DNA from: an uncultured Candidatus Rokubacteria bacterium
Lineage (GTDB): Bacteria > Methylomirabilota > Methylomirabilia > Rokubacteriales > DASRDR01
Assembly: GCA_963805625.1 (NCBI GenBank)
Contig: CAWDVE010000009.1
Coordinates: 1-64,000, forward strand
Direction of reading: 5' to 3'
DNA: 64,000 bases
The stretch's first letter is position 1; the number at the start of each line of letters is the position of its first letter. The position numbers were made by a program, and so were the translations under genes. The notes beneath the pieces were generated by a model. It made no database searches. It saw only the letters and a list, made by a program, of their open reading frames with translations, and was not told the origin of the DNA. Shown one piece after another: positions 18,754 to 28,458 of this stretch.

Positions 18754-19722
18754 TCAGGCGCCCCCCGGCCGGCGACGCGCCCAGGCGCGTCGGAGATGCG
18801 GGTAGGCGCCCTGGGGAAGGAACAGCACGATCCCGACCAGGAGCACGCCGTAGACGACGAGGTGGAGACCGCTCCAGCCGGGTCGGGTGAAGTAGATGCG
18901 GGCGATCTCGGCCAGCGGCGAGAGGATCAGAGACCCCAGGAGGGGTCCCAGCAACGTCCCCGCCCCCCCGACGACGGGCCGGATGATGATGTCCACCGAG
19001 AGGGGGATGCCGAACACGGCATTCGGCTGGAGCGAGAACAGATAGTTCGCGTAGAAGGCCCCCCCGAGTCCCGTCAGAAACGCCGAGAGAACGATAGCGT
19101 AGAGCTTGTAGCGGAAGGTGTCGACACCTAGCGCTTCGGCGGCATCCTCGTCCTCCCGGATCGCCACGAGATACGCACCCAGGCGGCTTCGCTCGACCAG
19201 CGCGACGACGCCCGTCGCCAGCAGCATCAGGGCCAGCGCGAGGTAGTAGTACGCGCGGTTGTCCTGGAACTGGAGCTGCCAGGGGTTGCCGGTGAACGTG
19301 ATGTACAGGCCGAGCGCGCCTCCCATGGCGTCGGTGTTGAGCGTGACGATCCGGCACACCTCGGCGAACGCCACCGTCAGCAGGACGAAGTAGAAGCCGC
19401 GCAGTCCGAACCGGAAGCCCAGGCCCCCGATGATTGCCCCCAGCCCCGCCGCCAGCACCCCGCCGGCCAGCATCCCGATCCAGGGCGACAACCCCCAGTG
19501 GAGCGAGAGCAGCGTCGTCGCGTACCCGCCCACTCCGACGAAGGCGGCGTGACCCGCCGAGAGCTGGCCGGCGTAGCCACCGAGCACGTTCCAGGCCTGC
19601 CCGAGGTAGCCGTAGAAGAAGATGAAGATGAACACGGTGACGGCGTAGGAGCTCAGCACAGCCGGCAAGGTCAGCAGCACCACGACGGCCAAGCCGCCGA
19701 GGCACAGTGCGCGCCGGCTCAC
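18754..19722 (-). CDS. livM: Branched-chain amino acid ABC transporter permease
   Basis: WNVLGGYAGQLSAGHAAF, AIREDEDAAEALG, VVGGAGTLLGP. Confidence 0.92.
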   Translation of the reverse strand: MSRRALCLGGLAVVVLLTLPAVLSSYAVTVFIFIFFYGYLGQAWNVLGGYAGQLSAGHAAFVGVGGYATTLLSLHWGLSPWIGMLAGGVLAAGLGAIIGGLGFRFGLRGFYFVLLTVAFAEVCRIVTLNTDAMGGALGLYITFTGNPWQLQFQDNRAYYYLALALMLLATGVVALVERSRLGAYLVAIREDEDAAEALGVDTFRYKLYAIVLSAFLTGLGGAFYANYLFSLQPNAVFGIPLSVDIIIRPVVGGAGTLLGPLLGSLILSPLAEIARIYFTRPGWSGLHLVVYGVLLVGIVLFLPQGAYPHLRRAWARRRPGGA

Positions 19723-19831
19723 GGTCCAGGCCTTCGCACGCCGGAGCGGCCTGACCGCCCCGGGTGTCGCCGGGGGCGCCCCGCCGCGGCGCGCGTGGTG
19801 GCCACCACCCGAGGCGACGGACGACGCGGCG

Positions 19832-20701
19832 TCATGCGCGGCGCCCGAAGAGGCCGGCGGGCCGAAACAGGAGGATGACGATCAGCATTCCGAAGCTCAC
19901 GAGCTCCTTCATCGACGGCGACAGGAACACCGCGCCGAGCGACTCCGCCACCGAGACGAGGAGGCCTCCCGCGAATGCGCCCGGCAGACTCCCCATGCCC
20001 CCGATGATGACGATGTTGAACGACGCCACGGACGCCGACAGGCCCACCGAGGGCGAGAACGGCAGGATCGGGGAGACCAGCGCTCCGGCGGCCCCGACGC
20101 ACGCCGCGCCGATCCCGAACGCCGTGGCGTAGACGCGCCGAACGTCCGTTCCGACCACGAGGGCGCCATAGGGGTTGTCGGCGGTCGCCCGCATCGTGCG
20201 CCCGAGATCCGTCCAGCGGAGAAAGAGCCACAGGGCACACGTGAGCGCGAGCGCGACGGTGAACGCGGCGAGGCGAGCCAGATCGACGAACACCGGGCCG
20301 ATCCAGAGCGTGGCGCCGGTCAGCGACGAGCGTACGCGCTGGGGATCCGGGCCGAACGCCACAAGCGCGGTGTTCTCGAGCACCAGGCCCACGCCGAGGA
20401 GCAGGAGGATCTGCATCTCGTGGGGCGAGTCCCGGATCCGGTCCACGAGGCTCCGCTGGACGAGAACCCCCAGGGCGAAGAGCGCCGCTGCGGACACGGC
20501 AAAGCCCAGCGTGGGATCGATCCCCAGGCGCGTCGCCAGAATCCATGCGAGGTACATGCCCCAGACCATCATGTCCCCGTGTGCGAAGTTGACGACGCGC
20601 ATCACCCCGAAGATCAAGGTGAGCCCGACCGCCATCAGACTGTAGACGCCGCCGAACAGGACGCCGCTGACGAGGCTCTGGGCGATCAGCGTCGGGTTCA
20701 T
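19832..20701 (-). CDS. livH: Branched-chain amino acid ABC transporter permease (possible extended TTG start at 20767)
   Basis: GLTLIFGVMRVVNFAHG, GRTMRATA, IIGGMGSLPGA, RPAGLFG. Confidence 0.92.
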   Translation of the reverse strand: MNPTLIAQSLVSGVLFGGVYSLMAVGLTLIFGVMRVVNFAHGDMMVWGMYLAWILATRLGIDPTLGFAVSAAALFALGVLVQRSLVDRIRDSPHEMQILLLLGVGLVLENTALVAFGPDPQRVRSSLTGATLWIGPVFVDLARLAAFTVALALTCALWLFLRWTDLGRTMRATADNPYGALVVGTDVRRVYATAFGIGAACVGAAGALVSPILPFSPSVGLSASVASFNIVIIGGMGSLPGAFAGGLLVSVAESLGAVFLSPSMKELVSFGMLIVILLFRPAGLFGRRA

Positions 20702-20839
20702 CGGAGTCGGTGCGCGAGGGAAGAGCCCGGGGAGGACGGGAGCGGCCCGTCCTCCGCGACGGATCAACCGGACCGGGGGGCTGTCTCGTGGCCCCGACGG
20801 CCGGGGCTCACGGGGCCCGCCATCGGCCAGCTCACCGGG

Positions 20840-22114
20840 TCATCGCTTCGGCCGCGGGAACACGAGCTTCTGCTCGGCCGCCTCCCTCGGCCAGACGACG
20901 ACGGGCTTCTGGCCGAGGATCTGGATCATGGCGGTGCCCGTGTTGGGGTTGTCGCCGATCTCGTTGAACACCACCGGGCCGACCGACACCGCGAGGGCCC
21001 CCGTGAACCGCGTCTGCTTGATCGCGTCGACGACGGCGTCGGGCCTAGTCGACTTGGCGCGCTCGAGCACGTCCGCCACGACGAGGATGCCGTCGTAGGA
21101 GTAGACGGAGTTAGTGTCGAAGGTCTTGCCCCCGGTGCGCTTCGCGTATTCCTCGGCGACCCGCCTGGCCTGCGGGTTCTTGAAGTTCGGCCAGGGCACG
21201 TTGTCCATGACGAACTCGAGGTCCCCCTTGAGCTTCTCGATCTGGCCCGCCTCGTAGAGCCCGGGCGACCCGGGCCCGATGATGCCCATCGCGTCAACGC
21301 GCTGCCGGGCGATCTCGGGCAGCAGGAGGAGCGCGCTGGCCGGCCGCGTGATCGGGGCGATGATGTCGGGCTTCGCCGCCTTGAGCCGGGCGACCTCGGT
21401 GGACAGGTCGGCGGGCGGCTCGGGCCACGGGATGACCTCCACGATGTCCCACGCGGGGCCCGCCGCCTTGTGGGCCGCCTGGAACGACCGCGCCTGCACC
21501 TGGCCGAACAGGTCGTTCGCGTACATCAGCACGACCCGCTTCGGGGCGACCCCGGCCTCCCTGAAAATGTCGCCCATGAACTGGACGGCCCGCTGGCCAA
21601 ACATGCTGCCCGTCGGGAAGTTGCGGTAGACGTACTGCACCTTCTGCTGGCCGTCCTTGACTGACTTCGCGACGTTCGCCGTGATGGGGTCGGCAGCGGA
21701 GATGTCGATCAGGAACGGGATCTGGCGCTGCTGGGCGACCGGCACGATGGCGGCGGAGTCGCCGGAGCTGAAGGCGCCCATCAGGAGCTGGGCTCCCGCG
21801 TTCACCAGGCGCTCCGCCTCCGGCCGCGCAACATCGGGCTTGGACTGCGTGTCGCCGAGCAGGAGCTCGAGACGGGCCCCTCCGAGGGCCTTGATCCCGC
21901 CGGCGGCGTTGATCTCCTCGGCCCCCATCTCGGCGCCGGCGCGGCAGGCCTGGCCGGGCTCGGCCAGCGGCCCCGTCACCGGGTGGATGACACCGATCTT
22001 GACCGTCGGCGGCTGAGCTCGCAAGATCGCCGGGAACCCGAGCGCGGACACTCCCACCGCGGCGCCCGCCCCCGTCACAAACGACCGCCGTCCGAGCCGG
22101 TACCTCTTACCCAT
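20840..22114 (-). CDS. ABC substrate-binding protein (LivK/LivJ family) with Tat signal
   Basis: GRRSFV twin-arginine leader; [13 protein letters not shown]; EEINAAGGI. Confidence 0.9.
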   Translation of the reverse strand: MGKRYRLGRRSFVTGAGAAVGVSALGFPAILRAQPPTVKIGVIHPVTGPLAEPGQACRAGAEMGAEEINAAGGIKALGGARLELLLGDTQSKPDVARPEAERLVNAGAQLLMGAFSSGDSAAIVPVAQQRQIPFLIDISAADPITANVAKSVKDGQQKVQYVYRNFPTGSMFGQRAVQFMGDIFREAGVAPKRVVLMYANDLFGQVQARSFQAAHKAAGPAWDIVEVIPWPEPPADLSTEVARLKAAKPDIIAPITRPASALLLLPEIARQRVDAMGIIGPGSPGLYEAGQIEKLKGDLEFVMDNVPWPNFKNPQARRVAEEYAKRTGGKTFDTNSVYSYDGILVVADVLERAKSTRPDAVVDAIKQTRFTGALAVSVGPVVFNEIGDNPNTGTAMIQILGQKPVVVWPREAAEQKLVFPRPKR

Positions 22115-23282
22115 CGGCGTCTCCTCGCTCCGCCCAGCGGAGGCCGAGCAGCTCGCGCGCGATGACGAGCCGCTGGATCTGGTTGGTGCCCTCGTAGATC
22201 TGCATGATCTTCGCGTCCCGCATGAAGCGCTCCACCGGGACCTCCCGAGTGTACCCGACCCCGCCGAAGACCTGCACCGCGTCGGTTGCGACCTTCATCG
22301 CCGCGTCCGCAGCAAAGCACTTGGCCATCGAGGCCTCGAGCACGGTGCCCGCGACGCCCCGGTCGACCAGGCTCGCAACGTGGTGGACCATGAGCCGCGC
22401 CCCGTGGACTTGCATCGCCATATCGGCGAGCATGAACTGGATCCCCTGGAACGCCGCGATGGGCTGGCCGAACTGCCGGCGCTCCTTAGCGTACCCCGTA
22501 GCGGCGTCGAGGGCCGCCTGGGCGACTCCGACCGCGGTCGCGCCGGTCATGGGCCGCGTGAAGTCCAGGGTCCGCATGGCGATACGGAAGCCCTCGCCCT
22601 CCTCTCCGAGGCGGTTCTCCGCGAGCACCTCGCAATCCTGCAGGTGGAGTGCAACCGTCGGGGACGCGCGGATCCCCATCTTGCGCTCCTGCTTGCCGAT
22701 GGCGAAGCCGGGAAACCCCGGCTCGATGAGGAACGCGGTGATCCCCCGCGGTCCCTTGCCGGGGTCCACGGTCGCGAACAGCGTGATGACACCCGCGTGC
22801 GAGCCGTTGGAGCACCAGAGCTTGGTCCCGTTGAGGACGTACCGGTCCCCTCTCCTGACGGCCGTGGTCCGGAGGGATGCGGCGTCCGAGCCCGCGTCGG
22901 GCTCCGAGAGCGAGTAGGCGGCGAGGAGCTCCCCCGCGGCGATCCGCGGCAGGTAACGGCGCTTCTGGGTCTCGGTACCCGCCAGGAGGATGGGGTACCC
23001 GCCGAGGGGCGTCGCGCCCCAGTTCGTCGCGGTGGCCGCGCACGCCCACGCGATCTCCTCGGCCACGAGGGCGACGGCCAGAGCGCCCATGTCACTGCCG
23101 CCGTAGGCCTCCGGAAGCCAGATCCCCATCAGCCCCTGCTGCCCGAGGAGCCGCATGGGCTCCTCGGGATACGTCTCCGTCTCGTCGTGATGCGCGGCAA
23201 CCGGGGCAATCTTCTCCCGGGCGATCGACCGCGCGAGCTCCATCACCATCCGCTGCTCGTCGGAGATGTAATAGAGGTGCAT
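22107..23282 (-). CDS. Acyl-CoA dehydrogenase
   Basis: [31 protein letters not shown]. Confidence 0.95.
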   Translation of the reverse strand: MHLYYISDEQRMVMELARSIAREKIAPVAAHHDETETYPEEPMRLLGQQGLMGIWLPEAYGGSDMGALAVALVAEEIAWACAATATNWGATPLGGYPILLAGTETQKRRYLPRIAAGELLAAYSLSEPDAGSDAASLRTTAVRRGDRYVLNGTKLWCSNGSHAGVITLFATVDPGKGPRGITAFLIEPGFPGFAIGKQERKMGIRASPTVALHLQDCEVLAENRLGEEGEGFRIAMRTLDFTRPMTGATAVGVAQAALDAATGYAKERRQFGQPIAAFQGIQFMLADMAMQVHGARLMVHHVASLVDRGVAGTVLEASMAKCFAADAAMKVATDAVQVFGGVGYTREVPVERFMRDAKIMQIYEGTNQIQRLVIARELLGLRWAERGDADG

Positions 23283-23338
23283 GGTCTACTCCCACTCCTC
23301 CGCGCGGGGGTGGCGATCTGCCCCTCGCCACCCGGCGG

Positions 23339-24004
23339 TCATCGAAGCCGGAAGCTTCGCAGGATCGTGTCGAACGTCATCGCCTCCCCGTCGAACTCGG
23401 CCGCGAGCGCCTGACCCACGACCACGAAGGCGCGGCGGTCTTGGAAGGTGCACAGCGCGATCGCGCGCACGAGCGCCCCGTCCACGTAGCCCTTGAAGTC
23501 GAGCCGTGCCGCCGGCCGGCCCTCGATCCGGACAGGACGGGTGGGCGTCACGGTCTCCGGATCGTTCATCCCGCTCCGCAGGCGCTCGCACGCCTCGATC
23601 ACATCCCCGGGAGGCTTTGGCAGGTCCTGAACCATCAGCACGACCTGTGGCGCCACCTCCCGGCCGAGGACGGGCACCTTCGACACGATCACCGCGAACC
23701 CCGCCGCTTTCACGGGGTCGGTGTCGCCGCTCGCTGCCGGCATCCCGGCGGCCTTCCGGGCGACATCGATGACCGTCGAGGCGGTGATGAAGTGCCAGCG
23801 CGGGGGCTTCTCGATCTGGACGCCGTAGCGGGGGTTCTGGTAGCGGTCGCCGTCGACCCGGTCCTGCGCCGCCGCGGGCACGGCGACGGTGCCGGCGAGG
23901 AGGAGGGTGAGCGCCCCGAGAAGCCGCGCGTGGCGTCGCGGTGCGGGCGCGCGACGTCGACGCCGAGAGGTCGCGGCGAGCGGCACCGGAACCTGGCGCG
24001 CCAT
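23339..24004 (-). CDS. Exported hypothetical protein (possible PsbP/DcrB-like fold)
   Basis: Signal peptide; YQNPRYGVQIEKPPRW start and FDTILRSFR end resemble PsbP-like periplasmic proteins. Confidence 0.6.
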   Translation of the reverse strand: MARQVPVPLAATSRRRRRAPAPRRHARLLGALTLLLAGTVAVPAAAQDRVDGDRYQNPRYGVQIEKPPRWHFITASTVIDVARKAAGMPAASGDTDPVKAAGFAVIVSKVPVLGREVAPQVVLMVQDLPKPPGDVIEACERLRSGMNDPETVTPTRPVRIEGRPAARLDFKGYVDGALVRAIALCTFQDRRAFVVVGQALAAEFDGEAMTFDTILRSFRLR

Positions 24005-24014
24005 CGGGTCGCCG

Positions 24015-24872
24015 CTATCGCGCCGGATGGTCGTAGAACCCCTTCCCGCTCTTCCGGCCGAGGTGGCCGGCCATGACCATGCGCCGGAGGAGCGGCGGCG
24101 GGGCGAAGCGGGCCTCGCGGAACTCCTGGAACATCACCTCGGCCACGTACAGCGTCGTGTCCAGGCCCACCAGGTCGAGGAGCGTGAACGGGCCCATAGG
24201 GTAGCCGCACCCGAGCTTCATCGCCTGATCGATGTCCTCCTTCGAGGCCACGCCAGACTCGAGCACGCGGATCGCCTCCAGGAGGTACGGCACGAGAAGC
24301 CGGTTCACGACGAATCCCGTGGTGTCCTGCGCGGCGATGGGCGTCTTGCCGAGCGACTGGACGAACGCCCAGGCCGTCTTGACGGCCGGGTCCCCCGTGA
24401 GAATCGTCCGGATGACCTCGACGAGCTTCATCACCGGAGCGGGGTTGAAGAAGTGGAGCCCGAGCACCTGCGCGGACCGCTTCGTCGCAGCAGCCAGCTC
24501 GGTGATCGTACACGACGATGTGTTCGACGCCAGGATGGCATGCGGAGGGCAGACGCGGTCGAGACGCGCGAACGTTTCCTTCTTGATCGCCGGGTTCTCG
24601 GTGATCGCCTCGATGACGAGGTCGACATCCCCGAGATCCTCGAGCCGCACGGTCCCGGCGAGGCGGCCCCGGGCAGCGTCGCGCTGCTCGGGGGCGAGCC
24701 GTCCCTTGTCGACCAGGCCGTCCAGGCTCCGGTGGATCGCCTGGAGTCCACGGTCCAGCAGGCTCTGGTCCGCCTCGACTACCCTGGTGCCGTATCCCGA
24801 CTGGGCCACGACCTGGGCGATGCCACCCCCCATGAGCCCGCATCCGACCACGCCGACCTTCGAGATTGTCAT
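24015..24872 (-). CDS. hbd: 3-hydroxybutyryl-CoA dehydrogenase
   Basis: GVVGCGLMGGGIAQ, ASNTSS, GLHFFNPAP, GFVVNRLL, GYPMGP. Confidence 0.95.
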   Translation of the reverse strand: MTISKVGVVGCGLMGGGIAQVVAQSGYGTRVVEADQSLLDRGLQAIHRSLDGLVDKGRLAPEQRDAARGRLAGTVRLEDLGDVDLVIEAITENPAIKKETFARLDRVCPPHAILASNTSSCTITELAAATKRSAQVLGLHFFNPAPVMKLVEVIRTILTGDPAVKTAWAFVQSLGKTPIAAQDTTGFVVNRLLVPYLLEAIRVLESGVASKEDIDQAMKLGCGYPMGPFTLLDLVGLDTTLYVAEVMFQEFREARFAPPPLLRRMVMAGHLGRKSGKGFYDHPAR

Positions 24873-24896
24873 CCGCCCTCCGTTCCGGGGTGGTCC

Positions 24897-25526
24897 TTAC
24901 AGCCGCGGGCCCGTGCCAACAGAGGGCCGTGGCGCGGGCATGCCGCCGGACCCGTGGTGCATCCCGCCGCTCAGCATCGTCTGGAGGTGAGTCCGCTGCT
25001 CGGAGGTCAGGACCGCCTTGCCCTGCTCGACCGCGCGGAGCCGCCCGATCCGGAGGTCGGCCCTGAGCTGCGCCAGCTCCCGCATCTTGGCCTCGGCCTT
25101 CGCGAGGTCCACCGCATCTTGCTCGAGCAGCGAGGCCAGATCGAGCTCGGCGATCCGGATGTCGGCGCCGCGGCGGATCGCTTCCCGCGTGAAGTCACCG
25201 CGGAGGGCCTCCAGCCGGGTGACCTGGTCGGGGCTCAGCCCGAGCTCGGTCCGGTGGTGGAGCATGATGGTGATGAGCGGCCGCTCCGCGGGATCCCCCC
25301 TCATGCGTCCCATCGGGCCGCCCATGGAGCCCATGCCCCCACGACCGGGGTGCAGCTGCTGGGCCAGCTCGGTGCCGAAGCTTCCGAGGCGAGTCGCCAG
25401 CTGGTCGACCAGCCGCCCGGCCTCCTCGAAGGCGCCGGCGGGGGCGTCCGCCCAGGCGGGCACGACGACGGCGGCCGGCGCCACGGTCACGAAAAATGCG
25501 AGCACCATCGCTCTCATACGAGCCAC
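24897..25526 (-). CDS. Spy/CpxP-like periplasmic protein
   Basis: Signal peptide, Met/Gly-rich linker, LGLSPDQ and LTSEQR (LTxxQ motifs). Confidence 0.8.
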   Translation of the reverse strand: MARMRAMVLAFFVTVAPAAVVVPAWADAPAGAFEEAGRLVDQLATRLGSFGTELAQQLHPGRGGMGSMGGPMGRMRGDPAERPLITIMLHHRTELGLSPDQVTRLEALRGDFTREAIRRGADIRIAELDLASLLEQDAVDLAKAEAKMRELAQLRADLRIGRLRAVEQGKAVLTSEQRTHLQTMLSGGMHHGSGGMPAPRPSVGTGPRL

Positions 25527-25550
25527 CCTACCTTCTCCCGCGCCGCCCCA

Positions 25551-26075
25551 TCACTCGTAGATGATCAGGGACGTCACCGGGTAGTCCTTCAGCTTCGCGC
25601 GGCCGTCAAGGAAGGCCAGCTCGATCAGGAAGGCCAGCCCTACCACGACCCCACCGCACTGTTCGACGAGCCGGAGGGTCGCCGCCATCGTCCCCCCCGT
25701 GGCCAGCAGGTCGTCCACGACCAGGACACGCTGGCCGGGAGCGATCGCATCCTCGTGCATGGCCAAGGCGTCCCGCCCGTACTCGAGCTCGTACTCCACC
25801 TCGATGGTCTTGGCCGGGAGCTTTCCGAGCTTCCGGACAGGGACGAACCCCGCCCCCAGCTGATGCGCCAGGGCGCCCCCGAAGATGAACCCGCGAGACT
25901 CGACCCCTACGACGATCTCGACGCCCGACTGGATGTAGTGGGTGGCAAGCTCGTCGAGGACGCACTTGAAGGCCTTCGGGTCCTTCAGGAGGGTCGTGAT
26001 GTCCTTGAAGAGGATGCCCTCCGTCGGAAAGTCCTTGATGTCCCGGATCTTGGCCCTCAGCTCGGACGCCTCCAT
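25551..26075 (-). CDS. apt: Adenine phosphoribosyltransferase
   Basis: DFPTEGILFKDITTL, ESRGFIFG, VRKLGKLP, YELEYG, VVDDLLATGGT. Confidence 0.97.
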   Translation of the reverse strand: MEASELRAKIRDIKDFPTEGILFKDITTLLKDPKAFKCVLDELATHYIQSGVEIVVGVESRGFIFGGALAHQLGAGFVPVRKLGKLPAKTIEVEYELEYGRDALAMHEDAIAPGQRVLVVDDLLATGGTMAATLRLVEQCGGVVVGLAFLIELAFLDGRAKLKDYPVTSLIIYE

Positions 26076-26263
26076 GGCGAGTCTCCCCCCTTTCAGGACC
26101 GGCAGCGGGCACATCGCGGCGCCGCCTTTGCCGCGTGTGACTTCATCATAGCCCGGGGCGGGCTATCTGAGGCTCCACGATGCCCTTCATGAATGGCGGT
26201 AGGGTCATCGTAGCGACGGCGGCCCGAGGCCGCAACCTCATCCCTTGGCCAAGCGGCCGCCGG

Positions 26264-26998
26264 TCACTCGAAACGGCTGACGAGGCACGGCAGATCCGCG
26301 AACCGCCGCAGGACGCCGTCGGCCGCCGCCGGCGGCGCCGATGGATCGGGGACGTAGTGGATGGCCCGCATTCCGACGCCCCGTGCGCCGGCCACGTCGG
26401 TCACCGCATCGTCGCCGACGTGCACGGCTCCGGCAGGGTCCATCCCCGCCTGGTCGAGCACCCGATGGAAGATCGCGGGCGCCGGCTTGCGGACACCCGC
26501 CTCGTCGGAGAAGGCGAGGACGTCGAAGCACGGCAGGAGTCCCGCGTCCCCGAGAAGGCGCCGCAGCACCCGGCCCGGCGTCCGGCCCGTATTCGAGATC
26601 ACACCCAGCCGGAGACCGCGCGCCCGGATCTCGTGCACGGCCTCCACGGCCGCGGGGGTGATCTCCGGGCGGTGCGTCAGCGCCGGCTCCTGGTAGACGC
26701 GGGCGATTCGGCCGAGCGTCCCCGGATCGAGCGTCGCGGGAAGCACCGGGTCGAGCGCGGCGAGAAACATCCGGAGCTGCTCGTCGGGGGCCATGTCACG
26801 GTGCTCCCGCCACACGACCGTGAACGCCTCCCCGGCCCGGGTGTCGGCCGCCGCCAGCTCGGGGGCGGCGTACAGATGCCCGGCCTCGGCCAGGGCCTCC
26901 CGGACCCCCTCGAGGCGGAGGACATGGGCGCGGCGGAGGCTGTCCCGCGTGTCGGCGAACAGCGTCTGCCAGAAGTCGAGCGTGACGAGCCCGATCAT
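26264..26998 (-). CDS. HAD-superfamily hydrolase
   Basis: TLDFWQTL, ISNTG, KPAPAIF, HVGDDAVTDVAGA. Confidence 0.88.
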   Translation of the reverse strand: MIGLVTLDFWQTLFADTRDSLRRAHVLRLEGVREALAEAGHLYAAPELAAADTRAGEAFTVVWREHRDMAPDEQLRMFLAALDPVLPATLDPGTLGRIARVYQEPALTHRPEITPAAVEAVHEIRARGLRLGVISNTGRTPGRVLRRLLGDAGLLPCFDVLAFSDEAGVRKPAPAIFHRVLDQAGMDPAGAVHVGDDAVTDVAGARGVGMRAIHYVPDPSAPPAAADGVLRRFADLPCLVSRFE

Positions 26999-27041
26999 CG
27001 GAACCCGGCGCGCGGGCAGCCGCCGCCGACCCCGCCCTTCC

Positions 27042-27167
27042 TCACCAGGGTCCCTCGACTGCCGGGAGAATGACCGCCTCGAGGAGGATGCCATCGTCCC
27101 GGACCAGCCCGTCGTCGGAGAATCTCTCGGGGTCCCACTCCAGCTCGTCGGTGAGCCCGTTCGCCAT
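27042..27167 (-). CDS. Putative 41-aa acidic peptide
   Basis: MANGLTDELEWDPERFSDDGLVRDDGILLEAVILPAVEGPW*; below the track cutoff; GC3-rich codons; linked to the HAD gene by a bridging mini-ORF. Confidence 0.5.
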   Translation of the reverse strand: MANGLTDELEWDPERFSDDGLVRDDGILLEAVILPAVEGPW

Positions 27168-27189
27168 CGGAGTATCGTGGGCCCCGAGC

Positions 27190-27633
27190 CTACGCCTCGA
27201 CGACCTTCAGGATGTGCGTGGCGACCGCGACGACCTCGCCCCGCTGGTTCGTCACGGTCACCTTGGCGAACGACTTCCGGGCCGCCTCGTCCCGCTCGGC
27301 GATCTCGTAGGTCACCGTGACGGTATCGCCAATGAACACGGCCCCCGGGAAGCGGATGCGGTCGTACCCGTACGACACGATCGTTCCCGGCAGGCTTGCG
27401 CACATCTTCGTCGAGGCCTGTGACATGTAGGCGACCATCAGAGCGCCGTGGGCGATCCGGCGGCCATACCGCGTCGCCTTCATGTACTCCTCGTCGACGT
27501 GATTCGGGCTGAAGTCGCCGGAGATGCCGGCAAAGAGGTACACGTCCGTCTCGCCGACCGTCTTGCGGACGCTGACCGTCTTCCCGATGGTCAGGGCCGC
27601 CATGGCCGTGTCGGTCCCGGTGCGCGTCGTCAT
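27190..27633 (-). CDS. MaoC-family (R)-specific dehydratase
   Basis: FAGISGDFSPNHVDEEY, RIAHG, RFPGAVFIGDTV; in-frame TTG at 27678 overlaps the upstream stop. Confidence 0.9.
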   Translation of the reverse strand: MTTRTGTDTAMAALTIGKTVSVRKTVGETDVYLFAGISGDFSPNHVDEEYMKATRYGRRIAHGALMVAYMSQASTKMCASLPGTIVSYGYDRIRFPGAVFIGDTVTVTYEIAERDEAARKSFAKVTVTNQRGEVVAVATHILKVVEA

Positions 27634-27674
27634 GCTCTGGCTCCCTTCGATTCCTCGACCACCACTCGTCTCCC

Positions 27675-28439
27675 TCAAGGATGCCCGATGTAGTCCATGC
27701 GGCCACCGTCTACGGTGAGAACCTGGGCGGTGACGAACCCGGACTCGGGCGACACGAGGTACGCGACCGCGTGGGCGATGTCCTCGGGCTTGCCGACGCG
27801 CCGCACCATCGACTTCGCCGCGAATGCTGCGAAGTCGGCCTCCGTCCGGCCGGCAGCGGCCATGTCCGTCAGAACGAAGCCCGGCGCGATCGCGTTCACC
27901 GTGACGCCGTGCGGCCCCAGCTCGAGCGCGAAGCGGCGCGTGAGCACGATCACCGCCGCCTTGGTGGCGGCGTAGAAGGTGGTGCCGGCGATCGCCGTGC
28001 CCAGCGCGGCCACCGACGCCACGTTCACGATGCGCCCGAACTTCCGCTCCTTCATGCCGGCCACCACGGCGCGCGTCACCGTCACCACGCCGTCGACGTT
28101 GATCCGCCGCATCCCCTCCAGCTGCGCGAGGTCGAAGTCTCCGAGGTCCCCGGGGCGGGAGACGCCCGCGTTGTTGATCAGGATGTCCACGGCCCCGAGC
28201 TCCGACGTGACGCGCGCGACCATGTCGCCCACCTGCGTCGCGTCCGCGACATCCGCCCGCACGGCCAGCGCTCGGCCGCCGCGCGCCCGGATCTCCCGCA
28301 CCACCGCGTCGGCCGCCTCCGCCTGCTCGCGGTAGTTCACGCCCACCGCGGCGCCCTCCCGGGCCAGCCGAAGCGCGATCGCCCGACCGAGTCCTCGCGA
28401 CGCGCCGGTCACCAGCGCGGCCCGTCCCTCCAGCGTCAT
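27675..28439 (-). CDS. SDR oxidoreductase (FabG-like)
   Basis: TGASRGLG, NNAG, YAATK, NAIAPG. Confidence 0.93.
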   Translation of the reverse strand: MTLEGRAALVTGASRGLGRAIALRLAREGAAVGVNYREQAEAADAVVREIRARGGRALAVRADVADATQVGDMVARVTSELGAVDILINNAGVSRPGDLGDFDLAQLEGMRRINVDGVVTVTRAVVAGMKERKFGRIVNVASVAALGTAIAGTTFYAATKAAVIVLTRRFALELGPHGVTVNAIAPGFVLTDMAAAGRTEADFAAFAAKSMVRRVGKPEDIAHAVAYLVSPESGFVTAQVLTVDGGRMDYIGHP

Positions 28440-28458
28440 GCCGACCTCGGGCCGGCGG

